A stretch of DNA of 64,000 nucleotides from the human T2T-CHM13v2.0 reference genome, Homo sapiens. A program made the position numbers and the translations under genes. Below the pieces are notes generated by a model. That model saw only the letters and a program-made list of their open reading frames with translations. It ran no database searches and was not told the origin of the DNA. This document shows, piece by piece, positions 31,272 to 47,472 of the stretch (its first letter is position 1; each line of letters starts with the position of its first letter). Location of the stretch: the NCBI RefSeq assembly GCF_009914755.1, contig NC_060927.1; one strand, 5' to 3'.

Positions 31272-32786
31272 AATAACATCATTTTAAATGTTATTTCCAT
31301 ATCCTCTAGCCTTTCCCAATCTCTTAACTCCTAGAAAAGGATCTATATGAGGAAGGAAAAACAGTGAGACACCATAGGTCTGCCTTCAAGCTTGAGGTCA
31401 TTCTTTCTTTCAAGGTAAAGCTCACTGTTGAGCTTTGTTGTCCAAGGAAGGGTTGTTGACCATGGAAGCCTAGGCAGAGACTACAATAAATTGGACAACT
31501 AGTGCAGAAAGACCAATGCAATCTCTAAAAGTGGCTATTCCCCTTATCCCGCCAATTAAATAGCTTTCCCCTCTCCATCTATCTAAATCTTTTCCTTCCT
31601 TCAAGATCAGCTCAAGTCACATCTCATATGAAGCTTTTTCCAGTCACTGAAGCTCACAATAACTTCAGCCTCCAAACTCTCACAGCACTATCTATATTGG
31701 CAATTGATCAAGCATCAACTTGTGACTTTTTGCAGTCTTTCTTAATATAACTATCATATTGGGCCTTGAACTCCCCTCCAGTCCAGTGGCCTACAAGCGT
31801 CCTCTCCAAACCCCTCAGATCATTTGTTATCTGGATAAAGCAGGGACCCATGGGTGACTCAGCCAGTGTTAAGAGCTCAGGCCCTCAGATTCCCCATAAT
31901 TCTCTCCCCATGACAGCTTGTGGGCCATATGCCCGGGCCAGTGCCTTGGTCGTGGTGGGTGCTGTCTAAATACCATCCGTTCATTGACCAGTGACATCTT
32001 AATGTAGTTATGGTGCCCGAGCACCTAGGCAGTCACACAGGGGAGGTGGCACACTGAATATGGGGCAAGGTTCCTGTTTTTCCCAGGCCAGCCTGTAAAA
32101 CCGTCTAAGTATTTTACATTCTTAATGATTCTAAAAGTTGAAAGCATAATGCCAGTACTTCCCAAGTTATTAGACTTGTTTTAGGGTGACTGTTCACCCC
32201 AAAGCCCTCTTCCCCAAGGACTTCTACCCCCATCCCAAGATCCAGCCACTCTCTAAATCCACAGCTGAATAAAGAGCTGATCTGCAGAGAAAAGCAGAAG
32301 AATGGTATAGACACAGGAGGGAAGCAGAGCACAGTGACCAGGTGACACCAGAGAGAGAACAGCTGTCTTAGCTCCTGACTGTGCACCTTGCTGATGAGGC
32401 CCAGGGGGACCTCCTGCTCTGAGGTTCTGTGAGATACTCCCTAGCTTGGAGAGCACTCAGCACAGACTAGCAGTGGTCAGGAACTCAGACTCTGAGGCCA
32501 AGACCACCTGGGTTCAAATCCTGGTCCTGCCACTTACCAGCAAGATGCTCCAAAAGGAGCTAATTTTTTTTTTGGCTTTGTTAATGTGAATTACATATGC
32601 ATGTCTTTGGTAATGTCAGTGTGTTAAATTCCAAAATCTCTTAAGTTGATTATAATAATTATTGCCTGCCAGTATGAAATAAGTGCTTTAATTTCACAAG
32701 TCCATGACAATGAGATAGTCTTCCTTTTCAGACTCATTAAAATCAATCAATCCCCATTTCTCACAATCAGCAGAAAGAGCACTTAC

Positions 32787-32811
32787 ACTCATTTGGGAAG
32801 AGCTGGTCCAT
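32787..32811 (-). CDS. Candidate short alternative first coding exon (MDQLFPNE-Y)
   Basis: gcaccATGG Kozak; 25 nt = 8 codons + 1; donor T|GTAAGT; phase 1. Confidence 0.3.
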
Positions 32812-33641
32812 GGTGCCAGATTTGGGCTCAGAGGCCCTCTGGCTGGGTCATATTCACTAACACCCGAAAGGGAGCCAATGTGATAACAGCCTCACCCTTC
32901 AAAGAAAAATTCCAAAACAAGCAGGACCATTTCGATTTTGATCCTCAATGATTTCAAGTATCTGGCAAAGATTTTTAAATTAGCTATATTAATTAAGTGT
33001 AATTTCTGTAGAAATGTTAGGCTACTTGAAGCTTTTTTTTTTTTTTAATAGGGAACACACATGAGCCTTTGGAACACAAAGGATGGCCTGTAGCCATAGC
33101 TGAGAAGTACAGGAAGCCCTGATAAGAGGCCAGCTACCCAGACTCCCTGACATCAGAGGTCCTTGCCTTAGTTGGTTCCTGGATAACAAATGATAGGAAG
33201 CATTTTATCAAGCTGAGCATCCTTGAAAATGAACTACAGTTGTTTAACATTCAAGATCCTTGACATCTGGCTAAGCACAGAGAAAAACTTTGAGACCCAG
33301 TTTTCTGGTATCGCTTGCAAAGATGGTAGTATGGCAAACTCTGTAACATGCTGGACAATGCTATGACGAAGGAAAGCTGTGTACGTGAATTACGTTTTCT
33401 CTGTGAAATGCACAGAAGGTTAAAAAGCCAAGGAGATGTTCTGCTTCCACTAGAAGCCAGAATGCTAGAAGGAGGCTCAGTACTACCCTAACAACAACAA
33501 CAACAAAAACCCAGATAAACTACAAAATCATAAGTTTTCTTAAATGCATACAAGCAAATAAGAAGCAATCACCTAGAAGTTTTAAATTAATTGTATAAGA
33601 CTGAGTGAGAGTAGACTAATGGGAGCATGTAGAGCCCCTAG

Positions 33642-34014
<373 letters not shown>

Positions 34015-34567
34015 TTCTCTAATAGTATTTTTAGTGGATTCCCTAGGATTTTCTATATACAAGATCATGTCATCTGCAAATACAGATAGTTTTACTCCCT
34101 TTCCAATCTGGATGCCTTTTATTTTTTTTATTTTTATTTTTTTTCCTAACTGCTCTGGCTAGAACATCCAGTGCAATGTTGAATAGAAGTGGTGAGGACG
34201 GACATCCTTGCCTTGTTCCTGTCTTTGGGGGAAAGCATTCAGTCATTCAGCACTAACTATGATGTTAACTGTGGGCTTTTCATAAATACCCTTTATCAGG
34301 TTGAGGAAACTTCCTTCTACTCCTAGAAGTGTTTGTTTTTTATCAAGATAGGGTGTTGAATCTTGTCAAATGACCTTTCTGCCTCTACTGAGATGCTTAT
34401 GTGGGTTTTCCCCTTTGTTCTATTGATACATGTATTATATTGATTGATTTTTGGATGCTAAACCAACCTTACATTCCTAGGAAAAATCCCACTTGATCAT
34501 GGTGTATAATCTTTTTTGTATGTTGCTGGATTTGGTGCTAGAACTTTGTTGAGCCTTTTTGTATCTA

Positions 34568-35421
34568 TAGTTGACCTTTGAACAATGTAGGAGCTGGGGT
34601 GCCAAACTCCCTCATGGTTGAAAATACCTGTATAACTTTTGACTCCCCAAAACTTAACTGCTAATGCCTACTGTTGACTGGATGCCTTACCAATAACATT
34701 AACAGTTGATTAACACTAATTTTGTATGTTATATGTATTATAAACTGTATTCTTATAATAAAACTAGGGAAAAGAAAATATTTTAAGAAAATCATAAGAG
34801 AAAATATTGTTAGGGTCACCCCAACCAGGCTGTTGCCCTCCCTTCCCATGGGTCTTACAATGCAGTCCTTTGTGACCTCCTCACAGCTCCCCCAGGGCTA
34901 AAGACAAACCCCACTTCACTGACCCCTCCAGTAACTGTTTGTCCAGGCAGTTACACGATGCAGTTAACATGTCTGCTCACCTCGCATAACAAAGCTGGCA
35001 AAAATATCTCCAGGATGCGGTCAAGACGCCTGCACCCCCAACTCAGCTCCCTGACCCTGACCCAGTTCCTCGCCCTGTAAAGCCCTGCAGTAGTCTGTAA
35101 GCAGGGCTGCCTCCTCTGCTTTTGTCAGGAGGTAGACCAGCAGGACTGACAATAAATCAGCTTGCCTGAACTTGGGTCTGTTGGCCTCATTCCTTTCTCG
35201 GCTGTCCTTCCAATTACTCCTTACAAATATATTTACTATTCATTAAGTGTAAGTGGATCGCCATAAAGCTCTTTATCCTCGTTGTCTTCACCTTAAGTGG
35301 GCTGAGGAGGAGGAAGAAGAGGAGGGGTTAGTCTTGCTATCTCAGGGTGGCAGAGGAGGAAGAAAATCCACGTATAAGTGGACCCGTACAGTTCAAACCT
35401 ATGTTGTTCAAGGGTCAACTG
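34568..35421 (-). mobile_element. Tigger2a (MER28)
   Basis: Terminal inverted repeats tagttgacctttgaacaa / ttgttcaagggtcaactg with TA target sites. Confidence 0.85.
34808..35225 (+). mobile_element. Solo LTR (LTR47-like, ERVL) inside Tigger2a
   Basis: TG...CA termini, aataaa signal, 5-bp TSD aatat. Confidence 0.75.
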
Positions 35422-36570
35422 TATATTCATAAGAGATTTAGCCTATAGTTTGCTTTCCTGTTGCATTTTTCTCTAGTTTTGGTATTAGGGTGATACTGAC
35501 TTCATAAAATGAGTTGTGGAATATTCTCACTTCTTCTATTTTTTGGAAGAGTTTGTGAACAATTGGTACGAATTCTTCTTTAAATGGTTGGTAGAATTCA
35601 TGTGAAGCCATCTGGTCCTGAGCTTTTTTGTGCGGGTGGGTAAGTTTTTAAAAAATTACTAATTCAGTCCCATTACTTGTTATAGGTCTATTCATATTTT
35701 CTATTTCTTGAGTCATTTTTGGTAGTTTGTATAGTTTTAGGAATCTGTCCATTTCATCTAGGTTATCTTATTTGTTGGCATATAGTTATTCGTATTATTC
35801 CTTTACAGGCCTTTTTGCTTATGTAAGGATGGTAGAAATGTCCCCTCTTTCATTCAAGTCATTTACGCCTTCTCTTTTTTCTCTTGTTACTCTATAGCTA
35901 AAGGTTAATTTTTTCAATTAATCAACTTCTGATTTTGTTGATTTTCTGTATTGCTTTTCTACTCTACATTTCATTAATTTCCTCTAATCTTCACTATTTT
36001 CTTCCTTCTACTTTATATTTAGGTTGCTTTTCTTTTCCTAGTGTCTTCAGTGTGGAAGATTGGGTTATTGATTTGAGATCTTTCTTCTTTCTTAATGTAA
36101 GCATTTGCAGCTATAAATTTCCCTCTCAGCATTGCTCCCATTGCATCCTCTAAGTTTGAGTATGCTGTGTCTTGATTCTCTCTCATCTTAAAGTATTTCC
36201 CTTGTGAGTTCTTGTTGACTCATTTGCTCTTTATATGCATGCTATTTAACTTTCACATTTTTGTGAATTTTCACATTTCCTTCTGTTGTTGATTTCTAAT
36301 TTTATTCCATTTTGATTAAAGAACATACTTTGTATAATTTCAATCATTTTACATTTATTGAGGCTGTTTTAGAGTCTAGAATATGGTCTGTCCTGGAGAA
36401 TGTTCCATGTTCCTTGGAACACTTGAGAATATTCCAAATGTATATTCTGCTGTTGTTGAATGGAGTATTCTGTGTTGGGTCTGGTTGATTTACAGTGTTG
36501 TGTAGGTTTTCCATTTCCTTGTTGATCTTCTGCCTGTTTGTTCTACACATTACTGAAAGTGACATACTGA

Positions 36571-36902
<332 letters not shown>

Positions 36903-37896
36903 AATAGTTGAATTTTCTATGTCTCCTTTCAATTCTGTCAGTTTTTGCTTCATGTATTTTGGAGCTCCATTTTTAGGCGTTTGTAATTATTATATCTTGG
37001 TGATAGATTAAGCCTTTTATCACTATAAAATATCCTTGTGTATCTCTAGTGACTTTTTTTGTTTTAAGTCTACTGTATCTGATATTAGTATCATCACCCC
37101 AGTGTTTGTATAGTTACAGTTTGTATCATACATCTTTTCCCATCCTTTTACTTTTTTATATCTTTGAATATACTAGTTGTATCTTTGAATATAAAGTGTG
37201 TCTCCAGGAGACACTATATAGTTGGCTCTTATTTTTTAAACCTAGCCTGACAATTTCTGCCTTTTGATTGGATCATTTATCCATTCACACTTAATATTAC
37301 TGATATAGTGGGATCCATGTCTGTCATTTTATGTTTTGTTTTCTCTATATCTCATATTTTTTCATTTACTGCTTTCTTTTACATTAATAAAAATTTCTAG
37401 TATAGCATTTTAATTCCTTTGATAATATTTTCATTATATTTTAAGTAATTTTATTAGTGGTTATTCTATAGTTTTTCATATACATCTTATCAAAATCTAC
37501 TTCAGATTTATACTAACTTAATTAAACTTGAGATACAGAAATGTTACTTCTATATAGTGCTAATCCTTCTTCCCACTTTGCTGCTATTATTGTTATACAT
37601 AGTATATCTACGTATGTTATAAACCCAACAATATGTTGTTATAATTACTATGTTATATAACTTTATGTTTATTACAGAATCTGAGACAAGAAAGGAGAAC
37701 AAGTATATATTTATAGAGTTTGTAACATTAACCTTATTTACTATTCCTGGTTCTCTTCATTTGTTCCTATGGATTTGAGCTACCCTCTGGAGTCATTTCT
37801 TTATTCCAAATGCAGCTTTTCTCCTACCCACCTCCCCTGTGCTCTTGTTAAATATATTATATTACTGAATATATATACCCAACAGTACATTATATG

Positions 37897-38530
37897 CAGA
37901 CATTCCTCAACTTACAATGGGGTTATGTCTTGATAAAGCCATCATAGGTCAAAATAACTGTAAGTCAAAAATGCACTTAATGCTGGCAACACAGCAGACA
38001 ATCCCTAATTTATGATGGCTTGATTTATGATTTTTCAACTTTATAATGTTGCAAAAGCAATATAATTGGCCCTCTGTATCTGTGGGCTCTGTATCCATGA
38101 ATTCAACCAACTGCAGATCAAAAATATTCAAAGAAATAAAAAACAATACAACAATAAAAAAATACAAATTCAAAATATAAAGTACAGCAACTATTTACAC
38201 AGCATTTATATTGTATTAGGTATTATAAGTAATTTAGAGATCAGGCTGGGAGTGGTGGCTCACACCTGTAATCCTAGCACTTTGGGAGGCTGAGGCGGGT
38301 GGATCACGAGGTCAGGAGATCGAGACCATCCTGGCCAACATGGTAAAACCCTGTCTCTACTAAAAATTTTTTTAAAAATTAGCTTGGCGTGGTGGGGCGT
38401 GCCTGTAATCCCAGCTACTCAGGAGGCTGAGGCAGGAGAATCATTTGAACCAGGGAGTCAAAGGTTGCAGTGAGCCAAGATCGTGCCACACCACTACACT
38501 CCAGCCTGGCAACAGAGTGAGACTCTGTCT

Positions 38531-38564
<34 letters not shown>

Positions 38565-38850
38565 TAATTTAGAGATCATTTAAAGTATACAAGAGGATGT
38601 GCATAGGTTAATCATTTACATCATTTTATAAAAGGGACTTGAGCATCCAGAGATTTTGGTAAACACTGGGGGGTACTGGAACCAATCCCCCTTGGATGCC
38701 AAGGAATGGCTGTATGCATTCAGTAGAAACTGTAACCCCATCATAAGTCATAAGAAGCTCTTCAACTTATGATGAAGTTACATCCTGATAAACCCATTGT
38801 ACAGTCAAAAAGTTGTAAGTTGAATCATTGTAAGCTGGGGACCATTTGTA
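37897..38850. mobile_element. MER47B-like Tigger element containing MER2 (about 38064-38713)
   Basis: cagacattcctcaacttacaatggggttat start; internal MER2 ttggccctctgtatctgtggg...gccaaggaatggctg. Confidence 0.75.
38243..38561 (+). mobile_element. Alu (AluSc-like)
   Basis: TSD gtaatttagagatca. Confidence 0.95.
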
Positions 38851-39336
38851 CTTTTGTTTAACATAATTGCTTTTCAAATCAGTTAAAAGAATGAAGAAAT
38901 ATGCATTTACAGTGTCTTACATAATTACATAATTATCTTTACTGATGCTCTTTGTTTTCCATATGGATTTGAATTACCACCTGGGATCACTTGCTTTCAG
39001 CCTGAATAACTTCCTTTAGTATTCCTTAAAAGGTAGATCTGTTAGCAATTAATTATCTGTTTTTGTTTATCCAGGAATGTCTTTATTTTGCTTTCATTTC
39101 TTAAAGATACTATGTTAGTCCGTTTTCACACTGCTATAAAGATACTACCCGAAACTGGGTAATTTATAAAGGAAAGAGGTCAAATTGACTCACAGTTCCA
39201 CATGGCTAAGGGAGGCCTCAGGAAACTCACAATCATGGTGGAAGATGAAAGGGAAGCAAAGCATATGTTTACAGGGTGGCAAGGGAGAGAGAGGGTGCAG
39301 TGGAAACTGCCACTTTTAAAACCATCAAATCTTGTG

Positions 39337-39623
39337 GCCGGGCCTGTAATCTCAGCACTCTGAGAGGCTGAGATGGGCAGATCACCTGAGGTCAGGAGTT
39401 CGAGACCAGCCTGGCCAACATGGCAAAACCCCATCTCTACTAAAAATACAAAAATTTGCTGAGTGTGGTGGTGCGCACCTATAGTCCCAGCTACTTGGGA
39501 GGCTGAGGCAGAAGAATCACTTGGACCCAGGAGGCAGAGGTTGCAGTGAGCTGAGATCATGCCACTCCACTACAGCCTGGGTGACAGAGCAAGACTCCAT
39601 CTCAAAAAATTAAATAAATAAAT
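39337..39623 (+). mobile_element. Alu in THE1 LTR
   Basis: TSD aaaaccatca(a/g)atcttgtg. Confidence 0.93.
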
Positions 39624-40981
39624 AAACCCATCAGATCTTGTGAGAACTCCCCCACTATCATGAGAACAGCATGGAGGAAACCACCCCCATGATCCAATCA
39701 CCTCCCAGGAGGTCCCTCCCTCAACATGTGGGGACTCCAATTCAAGATGAGATTTGGATAGGAACACAGAGCCAAACCATATTATTCCACCCCAGCTCCT
39801 CCCAAATCTCATGTCCTTTCCACATTTCAAAACCAATTATGTCTTCCCAATAGTCCCCCAAAGTCTTAACTCATTTTAGCATTAACTCAAAAGTGCAAGT
39901 CCAAAGTCTCATCTGAGACAAGGCAAGTCCCTTCTGCCTATGAGCCTGTAAAATCAAAAGCAAATTAGTTACTTCCAAGACACAATGAGGGTGCAGGTAC
40001 TGGGTAAATGTTCCCATTCCAAATTAGAGAAACTGGCAAAAACAAAGGGGCTACAGGCCTCACACAAGTCTGAAATCCAATAGGACAGTCATTAAATATT
40101 AAAGATCCAAAATGATCTCCTTTGACTTCGTGTCTCACATCCAGGGTAAACTGATGCAAGGGATGGGCTCCCAAGGCCTTGGGCATCTCTGCCCCTGTGG
40201 CTCTGCAGGGTACAGCCACTGCAGCTGCTTTCACAGGCTGGCGTTGAATGCCTGCAGCTTTTCTGGGCATACAGTGCAAGCTGTCGGTGGATCTGTCATT
40301 GTGGGGTCTGGAGGATGGTGGCCCTCTTCTCACAGCTTCACTAGGCAGTTCCCCACTGGGGACTCTTATTTCTCCTCCACACTGCCCTAGCAGAGATTCT
40401 CCATGAGGGCTCTGCCCCTGCAGCAGACTTCTGCCTGGATATCCAGGCATTTCCATACATCCTCTGAAATCTAGGAGGTTTCCCAAACCTCACCTCTTGT
40501 TCTGTGCACCTACAGGCTCAACACCACATGGAAGCTGCCAAAGCTTGGGGCTTGCACCCTCTGAAGCAATGGCCTGAGCTGTAACTTGGCCCCTTTTAGC
40601 CACAGCTACAGCTGGAGTGGCTGGAACACAGGACACCATGTCACAAGGCTACACAGAGCAGTGGACCCCTGGGCCCGGCCCATACAACCATCTTTTCCTC
40701 CTAGGCCTCTGGGACTGTGATGGGAGGGGCTGCCATGAAGGTCTCTGGCATGCCCTGGAGACATTTTCCCCATTATCTTGGCTATTAACATTCAGCTCCT
40801 TATTACTTATGCAAATCTTTGCAGCCAGCTTGAATTCCTCCCCAGAAAATGGGTTTTTCTTTTCTACCACATGGTCAGGTAGGCTGCAAAATTTCCAAAC
40901 CTTTATGCTCTGCTTCCCTTTTAAACATAAATTCCAATTTCAAACCATCTCTTTGTGAATGCATATAACTGAACACTTTCA

Positions 40982-41371
<390 letters not shown>

Positions 41372-41702
41372 CTACAGATCTCTAAGGCAGGGGCAAAATG
41401 CCACCAGTTTCTTTGCTAAAGTATAGCATGAGTGACCTTTACTCCAGTTCCCAATAAGTTCCTCATCTCCATCTGAGACCACCTCAGCCTGGACTTCATT
41501 GTGCATATCATTATCAACATTTTTGTCAAAACCATTCAACAAGTCTCTAGGAAGTTCCAAACTTTCCCACATCTTCCGGTCTTCTTCTGAGCCCTCCAAA
41601 TTGTTCCAACCTCTGCCTGTTACCCAGTTCCAATGTCAATTCCACATTTTCAGGTTATCTTTATAGCAGTACCCCCACTCTTAGTACCAATTCTCTGTAT
41701 TA

Positions 41703-42027
<325 letters not shown>

Positions 42028-42884
42028 AGATACAACCTGAAATGGGGTAATTTATAAAGGAAAGAAGTTTAACTGACTCATAGTTCCGCCTGGCTGGGGA
42101 AGCCTCAGGAGACTTATAATCGTGACAGAAGGCAAAGGGGAAGTAAGGCACATCTTCGCAAGGCAGCAGGAGAGAGAGTGCTCATGCAGGGGAATCTGCC
42201 ACTTTTAAAACCATCAGAACCCGTGAGAGCTCCCTCACTGTCAAAAGAATAGCCTGGGGAAAAACCACTCCCATTATCCAATCACCCCCCACCAGGTCCC
42301 TCCCTTAACATGTGGGGATTACAATTCAAGGTGAGATTTGGGTGGGGACACAGAGCTAAACTATATCAGACAGTTTTGCTGAATACAAGATTCTTGGTTG
42401 ACAATTTTCTTTAGCACTTTTTGCTTTCTGTCATCTATCATCTCTGATGAGAGTTGGTTGTTACCCTCATTAAAGTTTCTTTGTATGTGATGAGTCATTT
42501 TTCTCTTCTTTCAAAATTTTCTCATCTTTCACTTTCAGCATTTTTACAATAATGTGTTTGGGTGTGGATCTCTTTACCTTTTTCCTACTTCAACATCATT
42601 GAGCTTCTTTGATGTACAATGTTTTTCATCAATCTGGGGAATTTTTTAAATCATTATTTCTTCTGATACTTTTTCTGCTCCTCCTGTAGCTCCTCTCTTT
42701 ACATTCCATTTATATTAGTGCACTTACTAGTGTCTCACATTTTTCTAAGGCTCTATTCATTTTTCTCTCTCCTTCAGATTGCATAATCTCTATCAAATCT
42801 ATCTTCAGTTCCTTGAGTCTTTGTTTTTCCAGTTCAAATCCACTGTTAAGCTCCTCTAGTAAATTTTTAATTTCACTTATTTTC

Positions 42885-42999
42885 GTTTTTTATAGAGACA
42901 AGGTCTTGCTATGTTGCTCAGGTTGGTCTTGAACTCCTGGCCTCAAGCAATCCTCCTGCCTGGGCCTGGGATTGCAGGCATAAGCCACCACACCTGGCC
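42885..42999 (-). mobile_element. Alu monomer (FLAM)
   Basis: Single reverse arm. Confidence 0.8.
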
Positions 43000-44956
43000 C
43001 CTTTGAACATATTTATTGCGGCTGTACTGAAGTTTTTGCTAAATCTGACACCTGGGCTTTCTCACAGGCAGTTTCTGATGCCTGCTTTTTGTTTATTTAA
43101 GGGTCACACTTTCCTGTTTGTTTGAAGGTCTCATAAATTTTGGTTCAAAACTGGACATTTTAGGTAATATACTATAGCAACCATGAATACTGATTCCTCT
43201 TTTCCCCATCTCTGGGGCTTGTTTTTGTTTGTTTGCTTGTTTAGTGACATAGCTAGACTGTTTTAGTGAAGTATATTTCCCTTGAAGTGTAAAGACACTG
43301 ATGTCCCTCCTCAGACAATGTTGCTTTGGTTGTGCCCATAGTCTGTGTGGGTTTAACAGAGTTGTACTGCCTGTCTCCCTTTCTGATCTCTCTGTTGTCT
43401 GCCTTTGTTTATATCATACTCAGCTGTTAAACTCCACCTACCTACTGCTTGCTTTATCGTTTTCAACAATGCCCTGGGGCATAAAATTGCTCCAGTCTTA
43501 TTCAATTAAATTCAGGCAAAGATAGTTTTTGAGGCCAATCTTTAGGTTCCATATAACTCTAGTTGCCTCTTTCCCTGGTTCAGAGGACTCTCTGATAAAC
43601 AAGCTGGCCTATGGTTTAGCTTGTTGCTCTCACAAAGCTACCAGACTCCTCTTAATTTCTTACTCTCAAAATCTCCATTGTATTCAAGAGTGCCTTTAGA
43701 CTTGAGCTTTCCCACACTCAGTTTTAGCTAAAGTCAGTTATTTGGGGGAGAGCTTCAAACCCTCTATTCTTCCAGACTGTCTCTACTTCCAGGCAAAATC
43801 TCAGCCAGGGCAGTAGACTGGTCTTGGCTTGCCTCTCTCAATGTTGAATCTCCATTTCATGAGGGAGCTGGGGCAAAAGCAACCAGGTCTCAGTATTCTC
43901 AGCCCGCTGTACCTGGGATAAAGCTTCTGTCCTATGAATGGGGGCTGGGTGGAAAGAAGCAGACCCTGACCTCTCAGCTGTAGGCTCTCCAGGAACTTGG
44001 CCTCAGCAACTTGGAGTTAGAGAAGATGAGAAATGCTGGACACCTGCCCCTCCTGGCAAGGGACTATATCCCTTGACTAAAAGCTGAGGAGAGAGGAGCT
44101 GGGAGGATGAGAGCAGGTCATGCTCAGGTACCATAGACACTCACTATTATTACCAAGATTTAGTAGATTTTCTTGAATAAATGTATTTTTTTTCATTTGC
44201 TGCATGCCCTTCAAACAACTTCCAGAGGCTTTAGAAGCCTGGCTTTTAAAATAATTTTCACCAAGTACAGTTGCTTCACTGAGGAATGGATCCCTGGGAC
44301 TCTTCACACTGGCATTTCTGGAAATGGAACTCCAACTCCACAACTGTTTCTTTTTAAATGTGACAAAATGGTAAGGGCAAGGGAGCTTTTGTAGACATTT
44401 AAATGTTTCTTAAATTTTATTTTGCACTTTTAAATTTGTCGATCAATTTTTTTAGGGTTCAAACATTTTTAGTAGCCCTTGAAGAGTCTGTGAACACTAG
44501 GCACAGTGTCTACAGAGCCTAATCGAAAAATAGCCCAAATATAGTCAGATGGGGGAACATGTCCAGCCATCCCCACTGGGCACATTCCCACCTGATTAGC
44601 AGATACCCTACTCTAATTAGACTCTTCTTTCAGTACCAACAGCTGAGGCATGGACTCTAGACATTTCAGCTGCTAACAACATTGTATAATAATGAGCCAC
44701 GGGCTGAATTTCTCAGTCTAGTATTTTTCTGGCTGCATGTTATCAATGTTGACTGTGTCCCAGAAGTAGCAACCTGGGTTACAGATCAGTATCCTAGAGC
44801 CTCTGTCACCAAAATAGCCACCAATCCGATCTCCAATGATATAAGGAATGTTTCAAAGGATATTCTTTTCTGCTTCACAGTTAATTGGGTGTAGCCAAAC
44901 ATATGAAGTCATTTTAGAACAATGATAAGATCAAAATGTAAAATAATTATGTCTAA

Positions 44957-45336
<380 letters not shown>

Positions 45337-45889
45337 GACATGGCCCATCTTGATGACTATGGGTTTCTAGTTATTGGAAGCCCCCATGTGAGCCATATGT
45401 GCCCTGTCTATCAAAATCCTAGAGCAATCTGAGATGCATTCATAGATAGTCCATGTTACTTAGACAGCACACCTCCACATATAAATAGCAGTACAGCAAA
45501 TTTGCAGATATTTCAACAACCGAAAAGGGATAGGATGAGGAAAATCAAACAATATTTTTCTGACACTGAAATTCTGTAAACCAATGTGACTCTATGGTCC
45601 AGAATCAAGGGGAAAGGATGGTCCTACATGTGTCCTGCATGGATGAAAACACATCTAGACATGTGTTCACATGTGAACTGCATATTTTATAAGAGTTCCT
45701 GACTAATGGACAAAATCCAAAGAAAGAGGCCCCTAGAGTGAAGCACATCACATGAGGAACACATGAAGGGCTTCATGTTTACTTTCAAATGGGGTTTTGG
45801 AGACAAAATAGTTATCTACAAATATTTTATAGCTGTCCTTAAAAGTGTAAAAACTGCCTGGTACTCAATACTCCAACTCCATTCCAAAA

Positions 45890-46720
45890 CACAATCATTC
45901 ATCTATTCAGCAAACATTTATTCTGCATCTCCTTAGAGTGAGGCCCTGTGTTAAGTGGCTATCTAGGGTACATAAGACTCTTCGTAAGTAATGAAGAGTC
46001 TAGAAGCAGAGCAGGTTAAACAAGCGCACGAATAACCCAGTAACCATAATACAGGGGAGAGTATGATGGGCACAATGCGAGCAGAACAAAGCTTACTTTG
46101 GAATTCAGAGTCAGGAGTCATCATGTCCCACCAGCAAGATCAGAAATGATACCATGAAGGAGATGGCATTGTATTGGGTTTCAAAGGTGTGTACTATTTC
46201 TGTGAGAAATATACTAAAGACTTATTCCAGGTGGGGGGTAAAAGTGCAAATACTTAGAGGTGAGAAAAGGTCTGGAAAACATAATGGGACAGAGCCAAAG
46301 AACTGAAGAGTTCAAGTTGTCCAACCATAGGTGTAGAAATCTCAACTATTAGGGGATAAAGCTAGAACTTTATAGGCCAAACAGTGAAGAGCTTGTATCT
46401 TAGGCTGCAGAGAATGACTAGGTGCAGGTATTATTAAAGGCTTTGGAATATAGAGTGTCGTGTTTGTTTGGCTCGTAGTATACATCAGAGGCAGACACAG
46501 AGAGACAGGAGGTTTGCACAACGGCTAGTTAAAAGGAAATGAAGTCCTGAAGTAGGATTGAGGCAGGCAGCAGTGGGGATGGACATGAGGAAAGAAAGCT
46601 GCGAGGTGTTTCTGAAACTGAATCAACAGCAGCCAAGACACTTATGGAAATATGGGAGTGGGTGAAGAGAGATGACTCAATTACCAAGTCTAAGGGACAT
46701 GGAAAGAGCAGAAACCCCTG
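45890..46720 (-). mobile_element. L2 fragment
   Basis: tcattcatctattcagcaaacatttatt (reverse L2 3' end) followed by diverged L2-like sequence. Confidence 0.6.
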
Positions 46721-47055
46721 CTGGAGGAGAAAGTGACTCAGGGTCAGAGGAGGCCGAGTGAATACGGAAGACAGTGTGGCTACCCTGGCAAGTGGCTAGG
46801 ATAGGACCCGGAGAATGTTCCAACCCAAAGCCTTGCTCCAAGCACCTCTCAAACCTTCCCCAACTCATGATCACCTCCTCAGAAGCTACTTGATAAGGAA
46901 ATACCTGAAAAGAACAGGCAAGCATAGAGCCAATCTACCCTTGAGAAGCTCCACTGGCTACCCAAAGTGACCCTCCGTGAAGGCTGAGGCTGTTGCAGGG
47001 TTAGAGAAACGCCCGCTCCACCTTGAGGTCCCCCAGTAGGGGATATGAAGAGCTA

Positions 47056-47472
<417 letters not shown>

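Noticed and set aside
39965-40958. ORFs up to 173 aa
   Set aside because: They lie in the THE1 internal region and are fragmented.
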